Shown piece after piece: positions 1 to 10,601 of a stretch of DNA of 32,000 bases. Position numbers and translations under genes: made by a program. Under the pieces are notes generated by a model. That model was given only the letters and a program-made list of their open reading frames with translations. It was not told where the DNA came from and did not search any database. The stretch is taken from the NCBI RefSeq assembly GCF_000175255.2, contig NC_017262.1, forward strand, positions 990,001-1,022,000, in the 5' to 3' direction. The DNA is from Zymomonas mobilis subsp. mobilis ATCC 10988. Lineage in GTDB: Bacteria > Pseudomonadota > Alphaproteobacteria > Sphingomonadales > Sphingomonadaceae. How positions within the stretch are numbered: the stretch's first letter is position 1; every line of letters begins with the position of its first letter.

Positions 1-2646
1 AGCCGTGTTTCCGGTGTCGGCGATTACACTCTGTTCGGTTTTGAATATGCAATGCGGGTCTGGTTAGATCCAGCAAAGCTCTACAAATATAATTTGACTG
101 TAGCGGATGTCCAATCAGCTATTTCTACCCAGAATATTCAGCTTTCATCCGGTGAATTGGGCGGATTGCCTGCGGTTCAGGGTATTCGTTTGGATGCGAC
201 CATTATTGGCCCGACCCGTTTGACCTCGCCTGAAGAATTTAAAAATATTCTGGTCAAGGCTTTGCCGGATGGCGCCCAAATCAAATTGGGTGACATCGCT
301 AAAGTAGAGTTGGGCGCGCAAAGCTATAACTTTGACGTGCGCTATAATAACCAGCCGGCTTCGGGTATTGCGATCAAATTGGCACCGGGGGCGAACCAGC
401 TTCAAACTGAAAAGTTGATCCGTCAGCGTTTGGCCGATTTGGAACCTTTCTTCCCTCATGGTTTGAAGGTCGAATATCCGGTTGATACCAAGCCATTTGT
501 GACGGCTTCTATCCATGAGGTTATTGAAACCTTGGTGGAAGCTATTGCGCTTGTTTTCTTGGTGATGCTGATCTTCTTGCAGAATTTCCGTGCTACCTTG
601 ATCCCGACGATTGCTGTGCCGGTGGTGTTGTTAGGCACCTTTGGTGTGCTTTCTGTCCTTGGTTTTTCAATCAATACTCTGACGATGTTGGCAATGGTCT
701 TGGCTGTTGGCTTGTTGGTCGATGATGCCATCGTCGTTGTTGAAAATGTCGAACGTTTGATGCGAGATGAAAAGCTGCCCCCGAAAGAGGCAGCGAAGCG
801 CTCGATGGATGAAATTTCTGGTGCTTTGATCGGTATCGTCTTGGTCTTGTCGGCCGTGTTCTTGCCTATGGCGGCCTTTTCAGGGTCAACGGGCGTTATC
901 TATCGCCAATTCTCGATTACGATTGTGGTGGCGATGGGGCTGTCTGTCCTTGTGGCGATGATTATGACGCCAGCCCTTTGCGCAACGATGTTAAAGCCGA
1001 TTGACCATGACCAAGCCGATAAGAAGCCGGGTATCTTTGGTCGCTTGGCTAATGGCTTTAACCGCGCTTTTGACCGATTGAATAATGGTTATTTGGGTGG
1101 TGTGTCTTGGTTGTTAGGACGTTCCGTCAAAGGCGGCATTGCCTTTTTGATCATTGTTTTCGCCGTTGGTTATTTATTCACCCGCTTGCCAACCGGATTT
1201 TTGCCGGATGAAGATCAGGGTGAATTTATTGGTCAGGTGACCTTACCCCCGGGAGCGACCCAAGAACAAACGTCGGAAGCGGTGCGCAAGGTTAATGATT
1301 ATCTTCTGTCCGCAGAGAAAGACAGTGTCATCTCTGTGATGACGGTTAGCGGTTTTAACTTTGGTGGTCAGGGACAAAATGCCGGTTCTTTCTTCGTTCG
1401 TTTGAAACCTTGGGATCAGCGTCCGAAAGCCTCGCAAAGTGCTTCGGCCTTGGCAATGCGGACGATGATGCATTTTTGGGGTGATCCGTCATCGATGACT
1501 TTTGCCTTTAATATGCCTGCTGTCCGCGACTTGGGTAATGCTACCGGTTTTGACCTTGAACTGGAAGATCGCGGTCATATCGGTCATGCAAAATTCCTTG
1601 AAGCCCGTAACATGTTATTGGCTTTGGCCTCGAAAGATCCCCGCTTAAGTGGTGTCCGTCCGAATGGTATGGAAGATGCCCCTCAATATCATTTGACCGT
1701 TGATTACGGCAAAGCTGTTATGATGGGATTGACCCCAAATGATGTGAATGTGGCCTTGCAGGGGTCTTTGGGGTCGATTTACGTCAATCAGTTTATGCGG
1801 GATGACCGTGTGAAGCAGGTCTATTTAATGGGGGCACCGGAAGCGCGTATGCTGCCTTCCGATTTTTCCAAATGGTATCTGCGGAATAATGTCGGCACGA
1901 TGGTTCCCTTTAGCGCCTTTATGACAGGAACATGGCAAACGGGCCCTCAGAAAGTCGAAAATTATAACGGCTATAATTCTTTCGAAATTATGGGTGCGCC
2001 TGCACCGGGACATAGTTCGGGTGAAGCCATTCAGGCGATGACCGAGATCGTTCATAAATTGCCAGCTGGTGTTGGGCATGAATGGACAGGGTTATCCTTT
2101 GAGGAGCAGGCGGCTGGTTCGTCCACCATGTCTCTTTATGCGATTTCCGCGATTGTGGTTCTGTTCTGTCTTGCCGCACTTTATGAAAGCTGGGCCGTGC
2201 CGTTATCGGTTATTTTGGTTCTGCCTTTGGGTGTCTTGGGTGCCGTTGTAGCAACCTTGATGCGTGGATTGTCGAATGACGTCTATTTCCAGATCGGTTT
2301 GCTGACGACCGTTGGTTTGACGGTTAAAAACGCTATTTTGATTGTCGAATTTGCAAAAGCCTTTTTCGATAATGGCGTGCCACTTTTGCAGTCGGTGGTT
2401 CAAGCAGGCCGTGAGCGGTTACGGCCTATTTTGATGACCTCTATTGCTTTTGTGTTGGGGGTTATTCCATTGAGCATCGCAACAGGGGCTTCTTCGGCAG
2501 CACGTATCGCTATCGGAACGGCTGTTGTCGGCGGGATGGTGACGGCTACCTTGTTGACGATTTTCTTTGTGCCTCTTTTCTTTGTGGTGGTTTTGAAGCT
2601 GTTTCGGGTGAAACCGAACAAGCTGAATGCGGAGGAAGCAGCCTGA
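1..2646 (+). CDS. RND (AcrB/HAE1-type) multidrug efflux inner-membrane permease, 5'-truncated by the window edge
   Basis: The frame is open from nt 1 (SRVSGVGDYTLFGFEYAMRVWLDP...). The listed ORF at 52 is only the first in-frame Met. About 880 aa with AcrB-like periplasmic porter/docking segments alternating with two blocks of TM helices (e.g. LLVDDAIVVVENVER, GLLTTVGLTVKNAILIVEF). The TGA stop overlaps the ATG of the next gene (cTGATGa, 2643-2649). Confidence 0.95.
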   Translation, partial: SRVSGVGDYTLFGFEYAMRVWLDPAKLYKYNLTVADVQSAISTQNIQLSSGELGGLPAVQGIRLDATIIGPTRLTSPEEFKNILVKALPDGAQIKLGDIAKVELGAQSYNFDVRYNNQPASGIAIKLAPGANQLQTEKLIRQRLADLEPFFPHGLKVEYPVDTKPFVTASIHEVIETLVEAIALVFLVMLIFLQNFRATLIPTIAVPVVLLGTFGVLSVLGFSINTLTMLAMVLAVGLLVDDAIVVVENVERLMRDEKLPPKEAAKRSMDEISGALIGIVLVLSAVFLPMAAFSGSTGVIYRQFSITIVVAMGLSVLVAMIMTPALCATMLKPIDHDQADKKPGIFGRLANGFNRAFDRLNNGYLGGVSWLLGRSVKGGIAFLIIVFAVGYLFTRLPTGFLPDEDQGEFIGQVTLPPGATQEQTSEAVRKVNDYLLSAEKDSVISVMTVSGFNFGGQGQNAGSFFVRLKPWDQRPKASQSASALAMRTMMHFWGDPSSMTFAFNMPAVRDLGNATGFDLELEDRGHIGHAKFLEARNMLLALASKDPRLSGVRPNGMEDAPQYHLTVDYGKAVMMGLTPNDVNVALQGSLGSIYVNQFMRDDRVKQVYLMGAPEARMLPSDFSKWYLRNNVGTMVPFSAFMTGTWQTGPQKVENYNGYNSFEIMGAPAPGHSSGEAIQAMTEIVHKLPAGVGHEWTGLSFEEQAAGSSTMSLYAISAIVVLFCLAALYESWAVPLSVILVLPLGVLGAVVATLMRGLSNDVYFQIGLLTTVGLTVKNAILIVEFAKAFFDNGVPLLQSVVQAGRERLRPILMTSIAFVLGVIPLSIATGASSAARIAIGTAVVGGMVTATLLTIFFVPLFFVVVLKLFRVKPNKLNAEEAA

Positions 2647-4184
2647 TGACTTTATTTTCGGCTTCTTCGGCTCTGATTAAGCGGAGTAAAAAAGGATGGC
2701 GTTATCCTGTAACGCTATTCTTATCGACCAATATTCTGTTGGCTGGATGCACGATGGCACCGAAATATCATCGTCCGGCAGCGTCTGTGGCACCGCAATG
2801 GCCGAAATCGGCGGCATTGCCTGCCGCTGATAACACTTCAATGAAGCCCCATCCTATGGCAGCCGATTTGGGGTGGCAGGATTTTTTCAAAGATGCGCGT
2901 CTGAAAGCCCTGATTACAATTGCGATCCGCGAAAACCGCGATTTGCGGTCAGCTATTCAGGCAATCGGTGAAGCGCAAGCCAGATATCGAGTGCAACGCG
3001 CGTCTTTATTGCCCGCAATCGGTGGCACTGGCGAAGTGATGTATCAACAGCCTTCGGGTAAATCCGGTTTGAGTTTTGCCCCAGGTGTCGGTGAAGATAT
3101 TCCGCGTTTCCATTATTATTCGATGGGTATCGGTTTTTCTTCTTATGAAATTGATATTTTTGGCCGCATCCGCAGTTTAAGCAAGGAGGCGGCTGAAAGA
3201 GCCTTGATGCAGGAAGAGACTGCTAGAGGCACCTTGATCACGCTGATTTCGCAGGTGGCAAATAGCTATATTGCTTGGTTGGCAGATCGAGAAACTTTGA
3301 ATCTTGCCGAAGAAAGCTATCAGGCTGCCAAGCGGAATTTGGATTTGACGCAGGCTTTGCTTGATCATGGTGAGGCGAGCCTTTTGACGGTCAATCAAGC
3401 AGAAACCTTGTTCCAGCAAAAAGCAGATTTGCGGGAGCAGGCAAAGCGTCAGATGGCATGGGAAGAAAATAATCTTGTCTTGCTGATCGGGCAGCCTTTG
3501 CCCGATAATTTGCCGCCGCCTTTGCCCTTTGGTGAGCAAAATATCATCGAAGATTTATCGCCCGGTTTGCCTTCCGACCTTTTGGAAAACCGGCCTGATA
3601 TTCGAGCAGCAGAACATGATTTAAAGGCCGCTAATGCGGATATTGGGGCAGCGAGAGCGGCTTTTTTCCCAAGGTTGTCTTTGACCTCTTCGGTTGGTAA
3701 CTCAAGCCTTAAGCCTTCCCAGATTTTCACTACAGCGGCGAATACATGGGGATTCCAACCGGAATTGACCGTGCCTATTTTTAACTGGGGGCAAAATCGC
3801 GCCAATTTGAGAATTTCCAAGGCCGAGCGCGATATGAAGATCACGGCCTATCAAAAAGCAATCCAAAGTGCTTTTCGTGATGTGTCGAATGCTTTAGTCG
3901 GACGCGATACTTATCGTCGTGAGGAAGTCGCCTTGACTCAAGCGGCGGCGAAGGCTGAAAATAACTGGAATTTAGCGCGTTTGCGTCAGACTCAAGGCAG
4001 TGATTCCGCCATCACTATGCTTAATTACGAGCAGACTTATTACCAAGCGGAATATCAGGCGATACAGAATAGGGTTGCGCGTTATCAAAATTTGGTGACG
4101 CTCTATTCCGCTTTGGGCGGTGGGGTGAAAGAAAAAGCGGTATCTTTGGATAAAACTGATAAAGCCACCCATTCTGCCCATTGA
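2646..4184 (+). CDS. RND efflux outer-membrane factor lipoprotein (NodT/OprM family)
   Basis: 512-aa ORF. The signal peptide ends in lipobox LLAG|C (Cys35). Length and internally repeated coiled-coil/beta-barrel organisation are typical of OprM/NodT outer membrane factors. The start overlaps the RND stop by 1 nt, suggesting translational coupling. Confidence 0.92.
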   Translation: MTLFSASSALIKRSKKGWRYPVTLFLSTNILLAGCTMAPKYHRPAASVAPQWPKSAALPAADNTSMKPHPMAADLGWQDFFKDARLKALITIAIRENRDLRSAIQAIGEAQARYRVQRASLLPAIGGTGEVMYQQPSGKSGLSFAPGVGEDIPRFHYYSMGIGFSSYEIDIFGRIRSLSKEAAERALMQEETARGTLITLISQVANSYIAWLADRETLNLAEESYQAAKRNLDLTQALLDHGEASLLTVNQAETLFQQKADLREQAKRQMAWEENNLVLLIGQPLPDNLPPPLPFGEQNIIEDLSPGLPSDLLENRPDIRAAEHDLKAANADIGAARAAFFPRLSLTSSVGNSSLKPSQIFTTAANTWGFQPELTVPIFNWGQNRANLRISKAERDMKITAYQKAIQSAFRDVSNALVGRDTYRREEVALTQAAAKAENNWNLARLRQTQGSDSAITMLNYEQTYYQAEYQAIQNRVARYQNLVTLYSALGGGVKEKAVSLDKTDKATHSAH

Positions 4185-4194
4185 TAATTATCAT

Positions 4195-4221
4195 TCAGGA
4201 TCAGCCCCTGGCTGATCCTGA
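4195..4221. terminator. Hairpin between convergent genes (putative bidirectional terminator)
   Basis: Perfect 12-bp inverted repeat tcaggatcagcc / ggctgatcctga with a 3-nt centre. It lies in the 46-nt gap between the stops at 4184 (+) and 4231 (-). The + strand continues aagtgttttct. There is no clean U-tract on the - strand. Confidence 0.55.
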
Positions 4222-4230
4222 AAGTGTTTT

Positions 4231-5004
4231 CTATTCCAGTTCAAAAACAGCTTTGATTGTTACCGAGACGGTTTGCTGTCCCGAAATAACGGGCGTTGCT
4301 GGAGCGGCATCGGCTGAACGGGTGCTGACAGCCAGCATCATTGGGCGGATACCTGAGGGAGTGTCTTGCTGCCCTTCTGAAATAAGCACAATCCGTTTAA
4401 CTCGCATACCAAGCGAGCGGGCATAGAGATCCGCTCGGCTTTTTGCAGCGGCAATAGCTTTCACTCTCGCCTGATCCTGTGCTTGATCGGAATTGGACAG
4501 CGAGAAGTTGGGCCCTTCGAGGTCTTCAACATTGGCCTGCACCATTTTGTCGACAATCGCCCCAATTCGATTCAAATCTCGGATGCGAATTTGTATCGAA
4601 CTACGTGCCTGATAGCCGATACGCTGAGGCGGCTTGTTTTGGTCGTAACGATAGCGTGGGCTTATATTGATGTTCCGCGTTTCAATATCGTCATTGCTAA
4701 GGCCGCTTTCACGAAGGCTAGCCAGCAAATTCGTCATTTTTTTAGCATTTTCAGCGGTTGCCGTTGCTGCGGTCGCGCTGTCGGCACTGGTCATCGCGGT
4801 GATTGTTGCCAGATCGGGCGTGGCCTTTACTTCACCTGTTGTAGAAATAACCAACTTCGTACCGGATAGCTGTGTATTGGCTTCGATATCCGACGGGTGG
4901 GCTGCCTGTAAGGATATGGCAGGGATAGCTGCCAGCAAGCCACCGAGAGCGATTGTTTTCAAGGAGACCGAAGGTATTTTCCAAAGAGATTTTAATTTTG
5001 ACAT
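4231..5004 (-). CDS. SIMPL/DUF541 family periplasmic protein (BP26/Omp28-like)
   Basis: The ORF track gives 4231-5031. I prefer the Met at 5004, which gives MSKLKSLWKIPSVSLKTIALGGLLAAIPAISLQA, a Sec-type signal peptide. The body carries SIMPL-like blocks (ISPRYRYD, GYQARSSIQIRIRDL, GPNFSLSN, and an Ala-rich helix KAIAAAKSRADLYARSLG). Confidence 0.85.
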   Translation of the reverse strand: MSKLKSLWKIPSVSLKTIALGGLLAAIPAISLQAAHPSDIEANTQLSGTKLVISTTGEVKATPDLATITAMTSADSATAATATAENAKKMTNLLASLRESGLSNDDIETRNINISPRYRYDQNKPPQRIGYQARSSIQIRIRDLNRIGAIVDKMVQANVEDLEGPNFSLSNSDQAQDQARVKAIAAAKSRADLYARSLGMRVKRIVLISEGQQDTPSGIRPMMLAVSTRSADAAPATPVISGQQTVSVTIKAVFELE

Positions 5005-5354
5005 TCTATTGGCCTGATAGTGAAATAACATAAATAAAAAACGCCATTTGTGATGAAAGGTTTCACTATACAGTAAATAATTTTCTTTATCCTGTGTCTA
5101 TATTGCGCCCATTCTTGTTAAGAAATGGGGACAAGAAAATTTATTTTGATTATTTATATTAAAATTTTGTTCATTTTTATTTCTCTATTGGTGGCTTGAA
5201 GAGCCTTTTTAGCCTTTTGTGAAATGGAGCCTTTCTTCAGCTATATTACTTTGCCTTTTTTTGGCTAAAGGAAAATATATTTTTATCGACAAATACTTTT
5301 GCTAAAAGCCTTATTGGTTACAGCGCAGCTCCAAAAAACAGGAAGTGGGGGACG

Positions 5355-6503
5355 ATGACACATGACCACGATCAAAACAGCGAAGCCGACCATTTTGGCT
5401 TAACGGCGGAAGAACTCGCCCAAGCAAAAAGGCATCGTCTGGTCATTATTATTCTAGGCATATTGGCGACAGCTTTATTGATTATCTTTATTGCTTGGCG
5501 CGCCAAAGTGACGGCTCCGGTGCGGATTATTGCCGAACCTGTTCATGTATCGACGGTAGCACCGGTTCAACGATCTGTAACGGGAATGGTTTCAGCCGAA
5601 GGTCATTTGGCACCAGCAAGAGAGGTGGTTGTTAACGCCCCAAATATTGATGGCAAAATTGTAAAAGTCCTTGTCGCTGTAGGAGATAAAGTTCAGGCCG
5701 GTCAGCCTTTGGCTTTGGTTGGGCATAGTTCTTCTGACCAGAATAATTTTGAGCAATTGGCCTTGGCTGAATCCCAGCAAGCGGATATGACTATTGCCGA
5801 AAGTGAATATAAGCGAGCTGAAGCGGCTGGGGATACGACCTTGGCTGAAATTTTGAAAAAAGATTATGATGCTGCGGCCAGACATCTCCGCCATAAAAGC
5901 GGGAAAAAAGCCCGTCAAAAAGCCGTAACTCTTAACCCTATAACGGCACCTGTCAGTGGTTTGGTTTTATCCTGCACGGCTGAAAAGGGGATGGCTGTTA
6001 TTTCCAATTCTACCGAGCTATTCCGTATTGCGGAAAAAGGTGAAATCGAAATGCAGGCAAATGTTGCTGAAAAAGACCTGCCCAGTATTTCGGTTGGAGC
6101 CTCGGCGGATGTGAAAATTGCCGGATCAGATAATAATTTTTCGGGTCGGATAGCCTCGATTTCGCCGGTGGTTGATAATGTAACCCATTCGGCAACGGTG
6201 CATATTCTGTTGGATGATAACCCAGCGTTGAAAGCGGGTGTATCCGCAGAAGCCCATATTCATACGATGCCTGTTCAGGCACTGCTTTTACCGGAATCCG
6301 CCATTATGAGTGATGATACCGGTCATTATGTTTATAGTCTGGATGATGGCAATGCGATTGCCCGTCATCAAGTGACTTTGGGGCAGAAAACATCAGATGG
6401 ACAGTGGGAAGTCTTATCCGGTTTACAAAAACAGGATAATATTGTGGCTTCATCGGGTTCAATGGTCAGCCCCGGTGATCGGGTTATTGTTGATAAGAAG
6501 TAG
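5355..6503 (+). CDS. Efflux transporter periplasmic adaptor (membrane fusion protein, HlyD/RND_mfp family), no cognate pump adjacent
   Basis: 382 aa with an N-terminal TM anchor (LVIIILGILATALLIIFIAW) and a lipoyl-like motif (GKIVKVLVAVGDKVQAGQPLALV). A short alpha-hairpin region is followed by ITAPVSGLV and beta-barrel/MP-domain segments. A purine-rich RBS (ggaagtggggga) precedes the ATG. Confidence 0.85.
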   Translation: MTHDHDQNSEADHFGLTAEELAQAKRHRLVIIILGILATALLIIFIAWRAKVTAPVRIIAEPVHVSTVAPVQRSVTGMVSAEGHLAPAREVVVNAPNIDGKIVKVLVAVGDKVQAGQPLALVGHSSSDQNNFEQLALAESQQADMTIAESEYKRAEAAGDTTLAEILKKDYDAAARHLRHKSGKKARQKAVTLNPITAPVSGLVLSCTAEKGMAVISNSTELFRIAEKGEIEMQANVAEKDLPSISVGASADVKIAGSDNNFSGRIASISPVVDNVTHSATVHILLDDNPALKAGVSAEAHIHTMPVQALLLPESAIMSDDTGHYVYSLDDGNAIARHQVTLGQKTSDGQWEVLSGLQKQDNIVASSGSMVSPGDRVIVDKK

Positions 6504-6530
6504 TTTCTCCGTCTGAAAAAAGCGTTTTAG

Positions 6531-6564
6531 AAGCCGTCCGTTCTTTTGATCGGGCGGCTTTTTC
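6531..6564 (+). terminator. Rho-independent terminator after the adaptor gene
   Basis: aagccgtccg (6531-6540) pairs with cgggcggctt (6551-6560) with one mismatch and a 10-nt loop. It is followed by a T-run (cttttt), 28 nt downstream of the stop at 6503. Confidence 0.7.
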
Positions 6565-6631
6565 GCAAAATGGTTCTTTTGATGGGATGATCTTTTCTAG
6601 CAAATAATCCGATGATGCCCATATATCGGCT

Positions 6632-7888
6632 ATGTTCAAAGCTATGACACATCGGATAACCGTTAAAACAGCCGCGACTTTACTGCTGTTTTTGATGGTG
6701 GCTCTGTTTCTAATCGGGCGGGAATTAAACCATTTTTTTCCCCATCATTGGGCTTGGGGATTTTTAATCGCCTTTTCTGAAGCGGCTATGGTCGGTGGTC
6801 TGGCTGACTGGTTCGCGGTGACGGCTTTGTTTCGGCATCCTTTAGGGTTACCTTTTCCTCATACTGCGCTGATCCCCCATGCGAAGGATCGTATTGCGGT
6901 TAATCTCGCCGATTTTATCGAAACCCATTTTCTGCAGTCGATTGTTTTAGCGCGCCGTCTAAAACCTGTGGATGCTGGTCTTTTTCTGCTCCGTTTGACG
7001 GATAATAAGATAACCGCAGATCAGGCCTTGAGACACAGGTTACGGCGCTTTTGGCCTCAATTATGGCAGCATATTGATTATCCGGCGGTCAGCGATGAAA
7101 TAGCGAACAGTCTTTTGGGCATGGTCAGAAAATCTGATCCTACGCTTGCCCTGGGTGATGTTTTTAAAGACGCTTTGGAAAAGAAAAAGCAGGTTGCTCT
7201 TATTACATCTGTTTTGCAGGCTTTTGCGAATTGGTTGGCGCATCATGAAGATATGATCCGCGATATGGTGAGCGAGCGTTCCGGTAGCTTTTTAAGATGG
7301 ACGGGATTGGATCATCATTTGGCAGACAGCATTTATGATGCGGTTAATCGTTTGGTGAATGAAATGATGGTTGCGCCAGATCATCCGTTACGTTTGCGCT
7401 TTGATAAGACTTTATGGAATTGGGCTGAAAAATTAGGGCATGATCCGGCCTTTCAAAAACGTTTTAACCGTATCAAAAATGCGCTTTTGGATAATCCGGC
7501 TGCCCGTCTACAATTGCAGTCCAAGATCGAAAACGGGTTACAGGGATTTCTCTTAAAGAGCGATGCTACAGAGATTTTGCCTGTCTCTTCTAACCGTCGT
7601 TTTCCTGTTTTATGGGCGGAATGGGGACAGGCGGTTACCGAGGATCGCCAGACTAAGGCGGCTCTTAACCGTTTGTTCCGGCGTATTATTATCGGTGTGA
7701 TTGTACCGCATAGCCATCAGATTACTCGATTGATTACGGATACTGTTGAAAAATGGGATGGTGATGAGGTCGCCGGACGGATTGAAAAAGCGGTAGGGGG
7801 TGAGCTTCATTATATCCGTTTATCCGGCACCTTTGTCGGCGGCGCGATTGGGTTGCTATTACATGCCGCCAGTTTGATTATAGGCTGA
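6632..7888 (+). CDS. DUF445 family membrane protein (YjiN-like), function unknown
   Basis: 418 aa with an N-terminal TM helix. The block [54 protein letters not shown] is the signature I associate with DUF445. There is a C-terminal TM segment ([19 protein letters not shown]). Confidence 0.8.
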   Translation: MFKAMTHRITVKTAATLLLFLMVALFLIGRELNHFFPHHWAWGFLIAFSEAAMVGGLADWFAVTALFRHPLGLPFPHTALIPHAKDRIAVNLADFIETHFLQSIVLARRLKPVDAGLFLLRLTDNKITADQALRHRLRRFWPQLWQHIDYPAVSDEIANSLLGMVRKSDPTLALGDVFKDALEKKKQVALITSVLQAFANWLAHHEDMIRDMVSERSGSFLRWTGLDHHLADSIYDAVNRLVNEMMVAPDHPLRLRFDKTLWNWAEKLGHDPAFQKRFNRIKNALLDNPAARLQLQSKIENGLQGFLLKSDATEILPVSSNRRFPVLWAEWGQAVTEDRQTKAALNRLFRRIIIGVIVPHSHQITRLITDTVEKWDGDEVAGRIEKAVGGELHYIRLSGTFVGGAIGLLLHAASLIIG

Positions 7889-8711
7889 TTTCCCGTTTTT
7901 TTGACGTGATGATGAGCAAGAGACCAGCAATAACCATCGGAATGGTGAGTGTTTGTCCCATGGTTAGTCCCCAAGATAAGGTGCCTAGCTGGACATCGGG
8001 TTCTCTGAACCATTCAACAATAAAGCGGGATAACCCGTAACCAACCAGAAAAAATCCAGCGAGTTTTCCCGGATGTAGGCGGGCTTTTGTGGCAAAAAAT
8101 TGGTAATTTAGAAAAGCGAAAAGCAAAATACCTTCTAATCCTGCCTCGTAAAGTTGGCTGGGATGGCGGGGCAGCGCGCCGGCTTGGGGAAAAATAACCG
8201 CCCAAGGCATTGTGCTGGGTCGTCCCCATAATTCCCCATTGACGAAATTAGCCAGCCGACCAAGGAAAAGACCGATGGGGGCTGCGCAGCCGATATAATC
8301 AGCTATTCTAAGCCAGCTGAGGTGGTTTGTGGTTTTGACCCACCAGATTGCCAGAAAAACGCCTATCATACCGCCATGATAGGACATACCGCCTTCCCAT
8401 AATTTGAAAATTTCCAGAGGATTTTCGAGAATGGCGGGTTGATAAAAAAGGACATAGGCGAGCCTGCCGCCGACAAGTATGCCCAAGGTTGACCAGAAAA
8501 CCAGATCATCCGTTTGTTCCGGTTTCATGGGTGCACCGGGCTGTTTTAAAAGGAATAGCACATAACGCCATGCCAAAAGAATGCCGGTGATATAGGCCAG
8601 AGCATACCAGTGGATCAGGGGATGAAGGGTTAATCCAAAAAGATGCCATACCCCGAAATCAAAAGCGATCGGAGATAAACCCAAGGCATCAAAATGGATA
8701 ACGCTTTTCAT
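7878..8711 (-). CDS. lgt: Phosphatidylglycerol-prolipoprotein diacylglyceryl transferase
   Basis: Colinear with E. coli Lgt: [54 protein letters not shown]. The maximal ORF (to 8762) begins with TTG. The ATG at 8711 ([20 protein letters not shown]...) aligns with the Lgt N-terminus. The 3' end overlaps the convergent DUF445 gene by 11 nt. Confidence 0.95.
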   Translation of the reverse strand: MKSVIHFDALGLSPIAFDFGVWHLFGLTLHPLIHWYALAYITGILLAWRYVLFLLKQPGAPMKPEQTDDLVFWSTLGILVGGRLAYVLFYQPAILENPLEIFKLWEGGMSYHGGMIGVFLAIWWVKTTNHLSWLRIADYIGCAAPIGLFLGRLANFVNGELWGRPSTMPWAVIFPQAGALPRHPSQLYEAGLEGILLFAFLNYQFFATKARLHPGKLAGFFLVGYGLSRFIVEWFREPDVQLGTLSWGLTMGQTLTIPMVIAGLLLIITSKKREISL

Positions 8712-8938
8712 CTGTTCGATAAAAGCGAATGGCACAGAAAATCCTTTCAAGGCTAACAGCAAGATATCCGCTGAAATGATAAATAATAGATGGCCGGAAA
8801 GTCGATTTTTAAAGGGAATTTAGCCATTGTAACCGATTTATCGCGGATAAATGAGTGATTTTATAGTTGCCATATAAAGCGCGACTGAAAAAGACAAAGA
8901 AAAATCGGCATTCTGTTTTTGTTATATCTATTGAATAC

Positions 8939-8973
8939 AAAAAATCCGGCCTTTTTGAGAAAGACCGGATTTT
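8939..8973 (-). terminator. Rho-independent terminator of the MFS transporter gene
   Basis: aatccggccttt (8943-8954) pairs with aaagaccggatt (8960-8971) at 11/12 positions, with loop ttgag. On the - strand it is followed by a U-run (plus-strand A-run 8939-8944). It sits 23 nt past the stop at 8996. Confidence 0.75.
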
Positions 8974-8995
8974 ATAAAAAATGGATTATGCTGAA

Positions 8996-10438
8996 TTAGG
9001 CGGAGGCTTTTTTACTGGGTAAGAAGCTGCCATCTTTCAGACTGGATTCGATTTCTTCCAAACTGCGGCCTTTAGTTTCCGGCACCATGAAATAGACGAA
9101 AACAAAACCCAAAGCATTCAGACCGCCATAGAACCACATGGAACCACCGATACCCAATAAGCTGGTCATCGTTAACGCAGTTGACGTTAAAATGAGGTTG
9201 GAACCCCACAAAGTCGCAGCGTGAAGGCTGGTGGCACGAGCGCGAATACAGAGCGGATAGACTTCTGAACCAATAAGCCAGCCGATAACCTGAATACCAC
9301 CTGCATTGAAAACCATAAAGGCAAACAGACAGGCAAGAATAAGCCAGCGATGTTCCGAAGCACCCCCCGGCAGGTTAAAGGCAATACCCAATGCAAAAAG
9401 GCTGAGAGCGGCCAGCGGCATCATGCATAAAGCTAATTTACGACGACCGACATGATCGACCAACAATTTCCCGATGGTTGTCATGATGACATAAATAAGG
9501 GCGACACCCAAAGCCGAATAATAGGCCATTTTTTCAGTGAAGCCGGAATCCCGCAAGAAGGTCGGGGTATAATAGATCATCATTTCAATGCCGGAAAGCT
9601 GGGTAAAAGCAGCGACGCCTAGACCTGCGATCAGGGCAGGGCGCACCCAAGGCTGTGCCAAGGCTTTCCAGCCATCTTGAGCTGCTTCCTTCGTCCGGTT
9701 GCTGATTTTCTTGATAGAGCGAAGTTCTTTGGTGACTTCGTGATCTGTTTCGCGGACGGTATCTAGCATATCACGCGCTTCTTCAACGCGTTCCTGCCGC
9801 ACCAACCAGCGGGGACTTTCGGGAAGCATCATCATTGAGCAGAATAAGACAGCCGCCGGAATAGCCGCGACGCTGAACATTGTCCGCCATGTCCATTCTT
9901 CTTGAAGGAAAGCGCCGACAATACCCGCCGCCAGAATACCAAGACCAATCGAAATATTATAGAAGGTTACCATGCGACCACGTTGGTCAGCTGGTGCCAA
10001 TTCGGCGATATAGACAGGCACAATTTGTGATGATCCGCCAACGGCAAAGCCGAGAACCAAGCGGGCTGCACCTAACCAGAAAGCCGTGGGGGCGTAGCCT
10101 GCGGCAATCACACTGAAACCGAAAATAGCGGTCACAATCATAATCATATGACGGCGGCCAACAAAAGCAGACAGTCGACCACAGACCAGAGAGCCGATCA
10201 CGGCACCAAATAAGAGAATACTAGTAATAATTTCTTGTTGATGGGCATCCAGTTTGAAGTCATGCGCAATATTCATCAATGCGCCTGAAATAATACCCGT
10301 GTCATACCCATAAAGAAATCCAGCAATAGCCGTTACCAGAACGGTACCGAGCAAATATAATTGTGAACCAATAAAATCTGATACGGTATTTCGAACGTTA
10401 GTTTGGGTATCATTTTCTATTTCTGAATTGTTATTCAT
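8996..10438 (-). CDS. MFS sugar porter family transporter (sugar/inositol:H+ symporter-like)
   Basis: 480 aa with 12 predicted TM helices. Sugar-porter signatures are present: GYDTGIISGA, GRLSAFVGRR, PESPRWL, PETKGRSLEEIE. This is not the Z. mobilis glf sequence as I remember it, so it is a paralogous sugar transporter. Confidence 0.93.
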   Translation of the reverse strand: MNNNSEIENDTQTNVRNTVSDFIGSQLYLLGTVLVTAIAGFLYGYDTGIISGALMNIAHDFKLDAHQQEIITSILLFGAVIGSLVCGRLSAFVGRRHMIMIVTAIFGFSVIAAGYAPTAFWLGAARLVLGFAVGGSSQIVPVYIAELAPADQRGRMVTFYNISIGLGILAAGIVGAFLQEEWTWRTMFSVAAIPAAVLFCSMMMLPESPRWLVRQERVEEARDMLDTVRETDHEVTKELRSIKKISNRTKEAAQDGWKALAQPWVRPALIAGLGVAAFTQLSGIEMMIYYTPTFLRDSGFTEKMAYYSALGVALIYVIMTTIGKLLVDHVGRRKLALCMMPLAALSLFALGIAFNLPGGASEHRWLILACLFAFMVFNAGGIQVIGWLIGSEVYPLCIRARATSLHAATLWGSNLILTSTALTMTSLLGIGGSMWFYGGLNALGFVFVYFMVPETKGRSLEEIESSLKDGSFLPSKKASA

Positions 10439-10601
10439 CTAGAAATTTATCCCTTTTTTTAGCGTCCCTTCATGAAAATACTGTTTCATAACAATAAAAA
10501 TTACTATTATACTCTATTTATAGTAATAAATATTTTATAAACAAAAATATTCAGAATAAATAAAAGTAAACTAAAATAATGTTTAAACTATTATTTATTA
10601 G

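Noticed and set aside
4483-5017. Two + strand ORFs (128 aa and 116 aa) antisense to the SIMPL gene, and the 81-aa ORF at 4181-4426
   Set aside because: They overlap a gene with clear family signatures and a signal peptide on the other strand. Their sequences are Cys/Arg-rich or Ala/Val-rich shadow translations without start context.
7878-7888. 11-nt tail-to-tail overlap of the DUF445 gene and lgt, considered as a regulatory antisense feature
   Set aside because: Short convergent 3' overlaps are common in compact genomes, and nothing else in the sequence (hairpin, repeat) marks this junction as special.
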